Assembly (NCBI GenBank): GCA_022777585.1
Contig: JALFFZ010000054.1
Span: 6,004-70,003 of the forward strand
Direction of reading: 5' to 3'
DNA length: 64,000 nucleotides
Origin: Bacteroidales bacterium
GTDB lineage: Bacteria > Bacteroidota > Bacteroidia > Bacteroidales > UBA932
This document shows, in pieces, positions 1-10,020 of this stretch; within the stretch, counting starts at the first letter, position 1, and each line of letters opens with the position of its first letter. Below the pieces are notes generated by a model that was given only the letters and a program-made list of their open reading frames with translations, searched no databases and had not been told where the DNA came from. A program made the translations under genes and the position numbers.

Positions 1-27
1 GAAACTTACATATATTCCGGTAGAATA

Positions 28-1209
28 ATGAGAAAGAACGGATTGCCAGCTGTTTTCGGCTGCATGATGATGACATTGACACTCCTGTCCTGTGGCGGGA
101 GTGTTGATGGTTCCGGCGAGATTGCCGTTGCTCCTTACACGTTGCAGGCTGTCTCCGAATTGTCAACTTATGATTTGGACGTGGTCGCCGACTGCTCCTG
201 GACTGCAGAAATCCAGTCTGCGGACGAGGTCGAGGCTGACTGGCTCACCCTTTCCAAGCGGAAGGGTACCGGGGATGCCAAGCTGACCTTGAGGGTTTTC
301 GAGAACAAATACAGCTCGGAGAGAAAGGCTGTGGTGAACTTCCTGGTCGGTGAGGCGGTCAAGGCCACTGTTAATGTGACCCAGGCAGGAGCCAGCGGCG
401 GGGAAGATATGTCCAGTGCGGATCTCCGTGTGGGCTCATACAACCTCAGGATGTCCTCCCTGGATGATTCCGATGCGCAGAACAAATGGTCTGTCAGGAA
501 GAGCCGCCTTCTTACCTCCATCAAGGAAAATGACTTCGACATTTTCGGAGTGCAGGAGGTGGACCTGACCACTCAGCAATGGCTCAAGGACAATCTCGGC
601 AGCGAGTATGAGTGCTGGTTCTTCAGCCCATACGCCCAGAGCGGAACAGGTGACAAAGCCCAGGGCATCCTTTACAGGAAGAACATGCTTTCCATCTCGG
701 ACAAGCATTATTTCTGGGCCTCGGATACTCCTGATGTCTGCTCGGTCAATGATACCGGCGATTCAGGGAATTTCCGCAGGGGAGGCCATTGCGCCATTTT
801 CACTCACAAGGCGACAGGTGTCAGGTTCTTCTTCATGAATACGCACGCCTGCCTGAACAAGGAACCGAATGCCGCCTATGCCTATGTTTATGCAGATCAG
901 GAGAAGAAATACAATCCGGAAGGCCTTCCGTCCTTCTTTGTGGGGGATATGAACGCCCGTCCTGAGTATGATGCTCCTGCCAAGTACAAGGAACATTGGA
1001 AAGACAGTTTTGAGACTGCCGCGAAGCGTTCAGGTGCAGCCGCTACCTACAACGGATATTCCAATGCTTCAGGGAAATACAGGATTGACTATATTTTCCA
1101 CAGGGGCAAGGTCAATGTCAAGGAGTTCTGCATCAATAATGCTCTTTACGACAATCTCTATGCTTCCGATCATTTCCCTATTTACGCTGATGTAACTATA
1201 ACCAAATGA
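28..1209 (+). CDS. Lipoprotein: BACON domain + endonuclease/exonuclease/phosphatase (EEP) domain
   Basis: Lipobox LLSC; BACON-like segment (WTAE..WLTLS..GTGD..NKYSSER..VTQ); EEP motifs SYNLR, GVQE, NTH, GDMN, RIDYIF, SDHFPI. Confidence 0.88.
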   Translation: MRKNGLPAVFGCMMMTLTLLSCGGSVDGSGEIAVAPYTLQAVSELSTYDLDVVADCSWTAEIQSADEVEADWLTLSKRKGTGDAKLTLRVFENKYSSERKAVVNFLVGEAVKATVNVTQAGASGGEDMSSADLRVGSYNLRMSSLDDSDAQNKWSVRKSRLLTSIKENDFDIFGVQEVDLTTQQWLKDNLGSEYECWFFSPYAQSGTGDKAQGILYRKNMLSISDKHYFWASDTPDVCSVNDTGDSGNFRRGGHCAIFTHKATGVRFFFMNTHACLNKEPNAAYAYVYADQEKKYNPEGLPSFFVGDMNARPEYDAPAKYKEHWKDSFETAAKRSGAAATYNGYSNASGKYRIDYIFHRGKVNVKEFCINNALYDNLYASDHFPIYADVTITK

Positions 1210-3350
1210 AACTCAATAGATTGATTGCTGCTGCGGTTGTTTTCGCCGCTATTGTTTCCTGCTCTGAGGCACCTTCTTCGGCTCCGGCTGCAGAGGTAGC
1301 CGCCTCCGGGGTCTGCATTGCCAATGACAATATCCGTGTGACCATTGGCCAGGACGGTTCACTCGTGGAACTTGTCAACCTGAATACGGGACAGAACTAT
1401 GCTTCAGGAGCCCTTCTGTGGAGGCTCTATTACGATTCCAAGGCAGAGAAGGAGATTGAGATCTGCGGGGATGTACAGAGTCCCGAAGTCACGGCAGAGG
1501 GCAATGTCATCACCATTTCCTATGACTCCCTGAAGGTACGGGACTATGCTGTGGATATGGCAATGACCCTGAAGGTGATTCTGGAGGACGACAAGGTCAG
1601 ATTCGCATCGGAACTCTCCAACAATGAGGCACATACGGTAATCCGTGAACTTCATTATCCTCTGGTTCACGGGGCGGTTCTGCCGGCTGACCATAAGCTT
1701 TATACCGCAGAGGCCGGTGGCCGTCTTTATGCCGAGCCGCAGAAAGTTCTGAGCAGGCTGGAGTCATCTCCTTACAAGAAGCCGGAACAGTTCTTCCGCC
1801 AGAAGAATGTGAAATACGGTGCCAAGGTTTTCATGAACTGCTTTGCTCTCCTGGGAGAGAATCAGGGCCTGTATTTCGGCAGCCACGACCCTTCATTCCA
1901 GGATACCTGGCACGGTCTCAGGGCCTACAAGGGGAAGAACGGCAAGTTTGACTGCCTGGAGTTCGGTTTCTTCAAATATCCTCATTGTTTCAGCGGTGAG
2001 ACCTGGTCCTGCGATGCCAATGTCGTGGCCCCATATTCGGGAACATGGCACGTGGCCAGCCGCATTTACCGTACCTGGGTCAATACCTGGTGGGACCACA
2101 GGGAGAGTCCGCAGTGGCTTAGAGAGATGAAGAGCTGGCACAGGGTGATTTTCAAGCACCAGTACGGCGAGTATCTCTTCAAATATCCTGATCTCTACGG
2201 CCGGGTTGACCAGGCTGGCCAGAGCGTAGGCTGCAACACGGTGTTCCTCTTCGGCTGGTGGGCCGAGGGAATGGACCACGGCAATCCGGACTATTCCCCT
2301 GACGAGTCCCAGGGCGGTGACGCTGGCCTGAAGGAGGCAATTGCACGTTATCAGGCAAATGGCAACAATCTCATTCTTTATTACAATGGAAAACTGATTG
2401 ACCGTGAGAGCCGCTTCTATCTCAGCGGAATGGGCTCAAAGGTATGCCGTCACGACAATACCGGCTCGGAAATCCTTGAAAGATACAAGTTTACGGGTAA
2501 GGGAACCTGGCTCGGAGAGTATGACCAGAGAACTTTTGCGGTGGCAACCATGATGGACCCGCAGTGGAACGAGGTCCTCTTCGCATTGCAGGACAGGGCC
2601 TACGGTCTCGGCGCGAAATCAGTGTTCTTCGACCAGCTCGGATACATTGAGTCTGAAAGTACCAATTGGGATACTTCCCGGGAATTCCCGGTTCCGGACA
2701 TTCACGGAATCCTGAAGCGCTCCCAGTGTCTCAAGCTCCTGAGGGACAGATATGCCGACATTGACCCGGACTTCGCTCTCGGTGCAGAAGGAACTGTGGA
2801 TGCTCTCGCCCAGTACTGCGACTACACCCACGGCTATCCTGCCAATGACGGTCCTGAACGCTTCGTGAACTTCTTCAGATATACCTTCCCTGAAATCATT
2901 CTCACTGACAGGGGCCAGAGGGATGACGAGAATGTGGCCTATCACGTGAACTACACCCTGCTTGACGGTCAGCGCAATGACATTGAAATCTACCGCTGCC
3001 GCAATATCATTGATGATACTCCTGTCTATCAGGCGTATCTTGCCGAGGCAAACAAGATAAAGAAGGAGTACAAGGACTGCCTGCTCCTGGGACGTTACAA
3101 CGATGTCTTCGGCTTCACCTGCTCCGACAATGAGATTGACGCGCGTTCATTCCTCAGCGAAGACGGCAAGAAGATGGTGATAGTGGCCGCCAATCAGTTC
3201 TGTCCTCAGGCCAGGACTGCGAAAATCAATGTGCCGGGATACAGATTTGCCGGCTCGATGACTCTGGGCAATGCCAAAGTCAAGGCAGGCGGTGTCAAGG
3301 TTACACTTGGGCAATATGATTTGGCGGCATTGCTCTATGTGGCTGATTGA
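1206..3350 (+). CDS. DUF6259-like lipoprotein, putative (beta/alpha)8 glycoside hydrolase
   Basis: ATGA overlap with the upstream gene; lipobox IVSC; N-terminal beta-sandwich; aromatic-rich core with VFFDQLG and GAEG as candidate catalytic carboxylates. Family name recalled from the pattern, not from an HMM run. Confidence 0.62.
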   Translation: MKLNRLIAAAVVFAAIVSCSEAPSSAPAAEVAASGVCIANDNIRVTIGQDGSLVELVNLNTGQNYASGALLWRLYYDSKAEKEIEICGDVQSPEVTAEGNVITISYDSLKVRDYAVDMAMTLKVILEDDKVRFASELSNNEAHTVIRELHYPLVHGAVLPADHKLYTAEAGGRLYAEPQKVLSRLESSPYKKPEQFFRQKNVKYGAKVFMNCFALLGENQGLYFGSHDPSFQDTWHGLRAYKGKNGKFDCLEFGFFKYPHCFSGETWSCDANVVAPYSGTWHVASRIYRTWVNTWWDHRESPQWLREMKSWHRVIFKHQYGEYLFKYPDLYGRVDQAGQSVGCNTVFLFGWWAEGMDHGNPDYSPDESQGGDAGLKEAIARYQANGNNLILYYNGKLIDRESRFYLSGMGSKVCRHDNTGSEILERYKFTGKGTWLGEYDQRTFAVATMMDPQWNEVLFALQDRAYGLGAKSVFFDQLGYIESESTNWDTSREFPVPDIHGILKRSQCLKLLRDRYADIDPDFALGAEGTVDALAQYCDYTHGYPANDGPERFVNFFRYTFPEIILTDRGQRDDENVAYHVNYTLLDGQRNDIEIYRCRNIIDDTPVYQAYLAEANKIKKEYKDCLLLGRYNDVFGFTCSDNEIDARSFLSEDGKKMVIVAANQFCPQARTAKINVPGYRFAGSMTLGNAKVKAGGVKVTLGQYDLAALLYVAD

Positions 3351-3370
3351 TGACCGTCAGCATGTTTGAC

Positions 3371-3402
3371 AAGAGGCCGGCCGGAAACGCCGGCCTCTTT
3401 CT
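3371..3402 (+). terminator. Rho-independent terminator
   Basis: AAGAGGCCGGC (3371-3381) and GCCGGCCTCTT (3389-3399) form a perfect inverted repeat with a GAAA-containing loop, followed by a T-rich stretch, 20 nt after the stop. Confidence 0.8.
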
Positions 3403-3429
3403 GTCTGACCTTCGCGGAATTTCATTTTA

Positions 3430-3460
3430 TTTGTTAATATTGAAATTATTGTATATTTTG
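3430..3460 (+). promoter_or_regulatory. Probable Bacteroidota primary-sigma promoter for the susC locus
   Basis: TTTG (3430-3433), 19 nt, then ATATTTTG (3453-3460), an imperfect TAnnTTTG. Confidence 0.45.
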
Positions 3461-3486
3461 GGCCGTAATATTGGTAAACGGACCTG

Positions 3487-6400
3487 ATGAATATGTATAG
3501 AGGACATAAATACTTTGCATTGTACTCCGTTCTGGTGATGGTAATGTTTTTATCGCCAGGCATTTACGCAGGTGCCCAGTCCGTTCGGGACAAGGGTGCG
3601 GTATCCGGATTGATAAAGGACAGTGAAGGGGAACCTCTGGTCGGAGTCTTCGTCTTTTACAAGGGGACTAAAGATGGTGTGACTTCGGATCTGGACGGGA
3701 GGTACAGCATTGCGGCCCCTTCGCGGGAATCCGTGCTCGTATTCCAGTATCTTGGCATGAAGACAGTTGAAAAGACTGTTTCCGGAGAGTGTACCCTGGA
3801 TGTGACCCTTGATGCGGACAATGAACTTGAAGGCGCCTATATCGTGGGAGCCTACGGAACGGCCCAGAGACAGGAAGATATGGTGGGCTCCGCATTCCAG
3901 ATCAGCAGTGAGGCGTTTGAGAACAAGCCGAAGACCAGGGTTGAGACTATGCTGGAAGGCCTTGTTCCGGGCTTGTCAGTCTCTCCGAATACTGACTATG
4001 CTTCCACTGTAAGGTCCCGTTACAATACCAGAGTCCGTGGCGATGCCTCATTGTCGGCATCCAGCGAGCCGCTCTGGATTGTGGACGGGGTACAGTACTA
4101 CACAGGCAACAGGACCAATCAGATAATAGGAATGAGCAGTTCGGTCGGCCCTCTCTCATTTCTTGATCCTGACGACATTGAGTCAATCACTGTGCTGAAG
4201 GATGCGGACCAGACCACAATATACGGCTCCAACGGCTCCAACGGAGTTATTCTCATAACGACAAAATCGGGAAGCAAGAGTACCCCGCTGCGGGTTTCTG
4301 CAAAGATAAATGCCGGAGTTGTGGCATCTGACAAGACCACGATGTTCAAGATGATGAATGCTTCACAGTATCTTGAGGTAGCCAGGGAGGCATGGGCGAA
4401 CTCCGGATACAGTGCCGATTCTTTCCCTTTGCAGGACAATGATCTGAATTCCTATTCTACTACGGATACACATTGGTTTGATGAGTACATAGGGCTGGGT
4501 GACAACCTGTATGCGAATGTCACTCTCAGCAGCGGAACCGGCAAAGTGACAACTTACAATTCCGTGTCATATTACAGGGAAGACCACACTGTAAAGAAGG
4601 ACAGGCAGCAGAGATTCACTTTTTCCAGCAAGAATACATTCACCTTCAACAAGTATCTGGACCTTACGACAAATATCAACGGGTCCTATAACATCAATGA
4701 CATCGTGAATGTCGGCAAGGAGTACCTGTCAATTTCTCCGGTCCTCGACCCATACAACAGTGACGGAACCTACAGGCTCTATTACAAGGTATGGGATTCT
4801 TCGCTCAATGACTGGAGTGTGAAGAAGTTCACGTACAACAGTGTTCCATCCCGGGATGAGGATGACAATACACAGAAAAGCGTCTATGTCAAAGCGAATG
4901 CCCAGCTCGGTATCAATATCATTGAAGGACTGAAGTTTACGGCGCTCTTCGATTTCGACATCACGGCGTCGCAGGAGGATATTTATCATTCGAAGAAGAC
5001 ATTGGGCGGCATCAATTCCAACGGTGACGCTGTGGGATATTCTCACAGGGCTTTTGCGTCCTATATGTCCTGGCAGAATGTGGAAAGGCTCAATTTTGAC
5101 AGAAAGTTCGGACGGCACAAGGTTGGCGCAGTTGCGGTTTTCGAGATGTACAACCATACCAACAAGCTCCTTTCAGCAAGCGGCCAGGGCTTTATGACGG
5201 ACAATATCAAGGAACTGGCTTATGCGGATGACTCCACAATAGACGCCTCATCCAATACGTATTATGACAGGAGGATGTCGTTCATTGCCCGTGCGTCCTA
5301 TTCTTATGACTCGAGATATTATGTTTCCGGCAATTTCAGACGTGACGGAAACTCGAATTTCGGCAAATATGCAAGATGGTCAAATTTCTGGTCTGTGGGC
5401 GTGTCCTGGAATATCCATAAAGAGGCATTTTTCAACAGCAGCCTCATAAATATGCTTAAGTTGAAAGCTTCCTACGGTATTGACGGAAATTCCAGGATAG
5501 ATGCTTCTGTTGCCAAAGGAAGTTATTCCTATTCGGATTCTTATGCTTATGGCGGTGTTTCCGGGGCTAAGATCGGCTCTGTCCCCAATCCTGGCCTTTC
5601 CTGGGAAACTACCGCGAAATTGAATGCCGGAGCGAGGATTGAGTTGAAGAACATTCTTGATTTTGAAATTGAGTACTACAACAACACTACCCGTGACCTT
5701 CTTTCCCAGGTTTACGTGTCAAGAGCCGTGTCGGCGGACAAGGTATATGCCAATATCGGCCGTGTAATGAATCAGGGCGTGGAAATCAACCTGAGGACAA
5801 CGAATTTCAGCCGACCGGACTTTGCCTGGTACACGACGCTCAATCTTGCGCATAACCGCAACCGCATCCTTGAACTGTACAATGATATGCTTACCAGCTA
5901 CGGGGAATATGCCAACAAGGCAGGTTATGAGAAGCACGTGTATTATCTTGTGAAATGGGCGGGAGTCGATCCTACTGACGGAAGCGCATTGTGGTACGAC
6001 CTGGACGGCAACCTTACAAAGACTTACAGTACTTCGAACCGTCAGCTGCTCTCGGACATGTCCCGTAATCCTACAGTATTCGGCGGATTGATAAATGAAC
6101 TTGAGTACAAGAATCTGTCCCTGAGCATCCAGATGAACTACTCGGTCGGAGGGTGGGCTCTGGCTACTTATGCCTCAAACTTCATGAATGACGGATATGA
6201 CATTGTCTCCACGAACGGCAATCAGGCTATTGAGGTGTATAAGTACAGGTGGACGACACCGGGGCAGGCTTCATTGCTGCCAAAGGTCTCCCAGGTCTCG
6301 ACCAAGAGCCAGATGACATCTACCCGCTATCTTTACAACAGGACAAATTTTGACATTACCAATATCGCATTGAGCTACAGTCTGCCTCATAAAGTGACAT

Positions 6401-6558
6401 CGAAGATGAAAGTGAGGGGGATGAGTGTGAATTTTGTCTGTGACAATGTCTATCTGTTCACTCTCGGCATGAGCCGGAATGAGAATTCATACAAGACAAT
6501 GATGTATGGCTATCCGCGTAACCGTACCTTCACCCTCGGACTTAATTTCCAGCTCTGA
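3487..6558 (+). CDS. susC: SusC/RagA family TonB-dependent transporter
   Basis: CarboxypepD_reg-like N-domain (GEPLVGV..SDLDGRYSI); plug motifs EPLWIVDG and DIESITVLKDA..IYG..GSNGVILITTK; LSWETT; C-terminal YP..RTFTLGLNFQL. Confidence 0.95.
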   Translation: MNMYRGHKYFALYSVLVMVMFLSPGIYAGAQSVRDKGAVSGLIKDSEGEPLVGVFVFYKGTKDGVTSDLDGRYSIAAPSRESVLVFQYLGMKTVEKTVSGECTLDVTLDADNELEGAYIVGAYGTAQRQEDMVGSAFQISSEAFENKPKTRVETMLEGLVPGLSVSPNTDYASTVRSRYNTRVRGDASLSASSEPLWIVDGVQYYTGNRTNQIIGMSSSVGPLSFLDPDDIESITVLKDADQTTIYGSNGSNGVILITTKSGSKSTPLRVSAKINAGVVASDKTTMFKMMNASQYLEVAREAWANSGYSADSFPLQDNDLNSYSTTDTHWFDEYIGLGDNLYANVTLSSGTGKVTTYNSVSYYREDHTVKKDRQQRFTFSSKNTFTFNKYLDLTTNINGSYNINDIVNVGKEYLSISPVLDPYNSDGTYRLYYKVWDSSLNDWSVKKFTYNSVPSRDEDDNTQKSVYVKANAQLGINIIEGLKFTALFDFDITASQEDIYHSKKTLGGINSNGDAVGYSHRAFASYMSWQNVERLNFDRKFGRHKVGAVAVFEMYNHTNKLLSASGQGFMTDNIKELAYADDSTIDASSNTYYDRRMSFIARASYSYDSRYYVSGNFRRDGNSNFGKYARWSNFWSVGVSWNIHKEAFFNSSLINMLKLKASYGIDGNSRIDASVAKGSYSYSDSYAYGGVSGAKIGSVPNPGLSWETTAKLNAGARIELKNILDFEIEYYNNTTRDLLSQVYVSRAVSADKVYANIGRVMNQGVEINLRTTNFSRPDFAWYTTLNLAHNRNRILELYNDMLTSYGEYANKAGYEKHVYYLVKWAGVDPTDGSALWYDLDGNLTKTYSTSNRQLLSDMSRNPTVFGGLINELEYKNLSLSIQMNYSVGGWALATYASNFMNDGYDIVSTNGNQAIEVYKYRWTTPGQASLLPKVSQVSTKSQMTSTRYLYNRTNFDITNIALSYSLPHKVTSKMKVRGMSVNFVCDNVYLFTLGMSRNENSYKTMMYGYPRNRTFTLGLNFQL

Positions 6559-6571
6559 TAAATGATTGTAT

Positions 6572-8029
6572 ATGAAACGGAACATCAATAAGATAACATT
6601 TATTTGCGCAGTTGCCATAATGTCGTCCTCCTGCCATTTCCTTGAGGTCGAGAAGATTGGCAAGAGCGATATCGAGTCTTTCTTCGAGTCCGAGGAAAGC
6701 GTCGAGGCGGCGGTGACAGGCTGCATGGACATCCTCAACGGCTTGGTCGATGACTATATGATTCTCTATCCGGAAATCTGCGGCGACCTGGTGGTGATGA
6801 ATGCCTCCGAGTCGGGAATGTGGTCGTATATCTATAATTTCGACCTGTCCGAGTCATATAACACCACGCCGATAGGCTTTGTCTGGAACGATGCTTACGA
6901 ACTTGTGCTGAATGCTTGTGAAATAATCGATTACGCCCCGCAGGTCAAGAAGAGCTATCCCAATGCGGCTGCCATGATTGACAGGCAGGTAGCCCATGCG
7001 CATTACCTCCGGGCCATAGCCACATTCTACCTCGCATTATGCTACAGTCAGCATTATTCATATACGGCTGACGCTTCTCATCTGGGTGTCATCCTCATGT
7101 CGTCTTTCCCGAACCTGAATGCGGAACTGCGACGCTCGGATGCGGCAGACACTTACAAGTTCATCATTTCGGATTTGAAGAAAGCATATGAACTATATGA
7201 CGACGACAGGGCTCCTGACCCTCATTTCCCTTCACGGGCTGCTGTCCAGGCTCTTCTGGCGAGGGTCTATCTTTATATGGAAGATTACGGCAATGCCGTT
7301 GCCTGCGCCACGGATGTGATTGACAATTACGATTTCAGCCTGACGCCGAGAGACGGTTATTTCGATATGTTCACGACCGTGTCTTCGCGCGGCAGGGAGT
7401 CCATCTTCCGGCTGAACGGCTATGGGGAGAACAGCACGATAGGCAAAGCATTTGATTATCAGACCTATATGCTTTTGCCTTCAGAAAAGTTGAAGTCAGT
7501 GTTCGAGGAGGATGCGATATCAGGTGCTCCTGACGTGCGCAAGAGCCTCATATCATATGACGGAAAGCCCAACTCCATGGGATGCAGCATGAAATACACT
7601 ATCCTCGAGCAGGTCTCGGACAAGGATAAGGCAATCGATCTCTTTGTTTCCAGACTCTCCGAGATGTATCTGATAAGGGCTGAGGCGCTTGCGAGGCTGA
7701 ACAGGGATCTGCAGACTGCCGCCGCAGACGTTGCCATCATCAGAAGCCGTGCCACCGGATTGGCTGCGGATGCCTGCAGACCGGCCCTGGATGCGGGAGC
7801 GATACTTGAGGCAGTCTCCCGCGAGCGTGTCAAGGAATTCTATCATGAGGGACATCGGCTGTTCGATATCACAAGGCGCAGGGAAAATCTGGAGAGGGAT
7901 GCGTCCACTACCTCCATGGTCAGGTCAATGACTTATCCGAACGATGACTTCATTTTCCCGATACCGGGTATTGAGGTGGAAGCCAACAAAGCCATACAGC
8001 CAAATCCGAATAATGAGACTCAAAGATGA
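6572..8029 (+). CDS. susD: RagB/SusD family nutrient-uptake lipoprotein
   Basis: Lipobox SSSC; AALARVYLY-like motif, RLSEMYLIRAEA, ERVKEFYHEGHRLFDITR, FPIP..E..N..I.PNP; follows susC. Start is 6566 (TTG) or 6572 (ATG). Confidence 0.93.
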   Translation: MKRNINKITFICAVAIMSSSCHFLEVEKIGKSDIESFFESEESVEAAVTGCMDILNGLVDDYMILYPEICGDLVVMNASESGMWSYIYNFDLSESYNTTPIGFVWNDAYELVLNACEIIDYAPQVKKSYPNAAAMIDRQVAHAHYLRAIATFYLALCYSQHYSYTADASHLGVILMSSFPNLNAELRRSDAADTYKFIISDLKKAYELYDDDRAPDPHFPSRAAVQALLARVYLYMEDYGNAVACATDVIDNYDFSLTPRDGYFDMFTTVSSRGRESIFRLNGYGENSTIGKAFDYQTYMLLPSEKLKSVFEEDAISGAPDVRKSLISYDGKPNSMGCSMKYTILEQVSDKDKAIDLFVSRLSEMYLIRAEALARLNRDLQTAAADVAIIRSRATGLAADACRPALDAGAILEAVSRERVKEFYHEGHRLFDITRRRENLERDASTTSMVRSMTYPNDDFIFPIPGIEVEANKAIQPNPNNETQR

Positions 8030-8496
8030 TGAATATGAAAAGTTCCAGATATGTGGCGCTGATGCTGGGCGCCCTGCTTCTCTGCGGCTGCGACATTAAT
8101 GATCTCAAGCAGTTCACGGATTATTATATGGCTTTCGACATCTCCAGGTCAAGCACCACGACAGTGAATGAGGCGGGAGAATTTGCGGGCAGTTATGCCA
8201 TTCATTTCTGTACCGCCAAGCGGGATGAGACGGTGAGCGTCAATGTGGAAGTGATTCCCGGAGACGGATTGCGTGAGAATGTGGACTACAAGGTTATTAC
8301 TTCCACTTCGGTCAAGTTTGCACCTGGAGTGTATGACAAGACGTTTACCATTCAGTGGCTTCCCAACACCCTGGATGCGTCGAAGGACAATTCATTGACT
8401 CTCAGGCTTTCCGACTGTTCTGACAATTCAGTGACGCTCGGAGTTCCCGGCCCGGATGAAAAATACCGTTCATTGAAAATATATAAGACGAAATAA
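8026..8496 (+). CDS. Small lipoprotein, Calx-beta/DUF4843-like beta-sandwich
   Basis: ATGA overlap with susD; lipobox LCGC; ENVDY..SVKFAPG.YDKTFTI..LTLRL pattern. Confidence 0.6.
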   Translation: MMNMKSSRYVALMLGALLLCGCDINDLKQFTDYYMAFDISRSSTTTVNEAGEFAGSYAIHFCTAKRDETVSVNVEVIPGDGLRENVDYKVITSTSVKFAPGVYDKTFTIQWLPNTLDASKDNSLTLRLSDCSDNSVTLGVPGPDEKYRSLKIYKTK

Positions 8497-8517
8497 TAAC
8501 GATTAATTTACAACATT

Positions 8518-10020
8518 ATGAAAAAGTTTACATTGCTTATGGCGGCCGCCTTACTCTTTGCCGCCTGTGATTCGAAAAATGAAGTTCCGGTCGTGGAAGT
8601 GACTATGTCGTCTTTCGGATTTTATGCCGATGCCAACACCGGGGTTATCAAGTCTGACATTCTGGTTGAGAACCCTTCGACAGATATAAGCATTGTCCTT
8701 CCGTATGGAGTGTCAGAGGACGCTCTCAAGTCTCTTGTCCCTTCTTTCGAGGTGACTGAAGGCGCAGTAGTGACAGTTGACGATGCTGTTGTTGAAAGCG
8801 GAGTCACAGCCGTTGACTTCAGCTATCCGGTCGAGTTCCTGGTTACGGTAAATGAGAAATCAAATGCCCAGTATATAGTCAGGGTGGCCATTGCCGGTCC
8901 GGCATCCTTCAAACTCGCAGCTGCAGGTGCGGACGCTGATTCTTTGTATAAGGGACCGTTTATGGCGATTTCTCCGTCAGATGGCAAACCTTATCTGGCA
9001 GCAGTGGCGGATGCCCCCGTTTCTGATCAATATTATCCTGTGCTCTACAGATTCGACGAGTCGCTCTCCAAGGTCTGCACTGTGGCGGAAGTCCGTGCTG
9101 ACCAGCCTACCATCGGATTCTCCCCGGCCGGCGATCTTGTCTACGCATTCTACAACTACGGAAACAAATTCGCCAATGTATATTCTGTGAACGGTGGTTC
9201 CGCCTCTCTTCTCGGCGCTGACAATCTGCTGTACAGGCCTATCACCAGCAGCGCTTATCCGACAATAGGAGTAATGCCTTTGTCTGCAAACCAATTGTAT
9301 GTGGCTTACGGCGTGAACGCAGCTGCGGGAAGCCTTGCCAAGAGGACTCTGAATCTTTGTCGTTGGGACGGCTCTGCCTGGACACAGGAGAATCCGATTG
9401 CCGGCCGCGAGGCGGGAGACTATGCCTATGAGGTGTTCACCAAACTTGTGGGCGATGATCAGTATCTTATGCTCTTCAATCAGAACGACCAGAGCCTGTC
9501 GCTTTACAAGGTAAGTGCCCAGTCCATCTCTACCGTATTCGAGAGACTCAAGTTTTATATTGATGAGGAAGGAGCGACCCAGGCCAAGATTAACCTCTAC
9601 GGCCTCAGGATGGACATCGCTTCAGACGGAACCCCATATATACTCGCAGGTGTAGAGGCTTCATCAACTACCGGAAGCGGATACTCTCCGGCTGTTTACA
9701 GGTATGACCTTGAGACAAAGACAGCATCTGTGGTCGGTGGAGTGCTCTCTTCTCTCGATGTTCAGACTTCGAAGACTTTCGCTCTTGCCCTCGATGCCAA
9801 TGATGTACCATATCTTGCCTATGCCGATGGTACGTCCAAGGCTTTGACATTGACTTATATTGATTCGAAGACCAAGACCTGGAGCACTCCTGCCGCCATT
9901 TCTGCAGGCGAAGTCGAGGATATCATGATGGATTTCGCACCGGATGGTACCGGATATATATCCTGCTCTGCTGATGACGCGGCAGGCAACTCATATATCA
10001 ATCTGTATTCGACCAGATAA
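8518..10020 (+). CDS. Surface lipoprotein, Ig-like N-domain plus probable beta-propeller (putative binding protein)
   Basis: Lipobox FAAC; SLVPSFEVTEGA..DFSYPVEFLV Ig-like motif; repeated blade-like motifs SPSDGKPYLA, ASDGTPYI, DANDVPYLAY, APDGTGYI. Confidence 0.65.
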   Translation: MKKFTLLMAAALLFAACDSKNEVPVVEVTMSSFGFYADANTGVIKSDILVENPSTDISIVLPYGVSEDALKSLVPSFEVTEGAVVTVDDAVVESGVTAVDFSYPVEFLVTVNEKSNAQYIVRVAIAGPASFKLAAAGADADSLYKGPFMAISPSDGKPYLAAVADAPVSDQYYPVLYRFDESLSKVCTVAEVRADQPTIGFSPAGDLVYAFYNYGNKFANVYSVNGGSASLLGADNLLYRPITSSAYPTIGVMPLSANQLYVAYGVNAAAGSLAKRTLNLCRWDGSAWTQENPIAGREAGDYAYEVFTKLVGDDQYLMLFNQNDQSLSLYKVSAQSISTVFERLKFYIDEEGATQAKINLYGLRMDIASDGTPYILAGVEASSTTGSGYSPAVYRYDLETKTASVVGGVLSSLDVQTSKTFALALDANDVPYLAYADGTSKALTLTYIDSKTKTWSTPAAISAGEVEDIMMDFAPDGTGYISCSADDAAGNSYINLYSTR

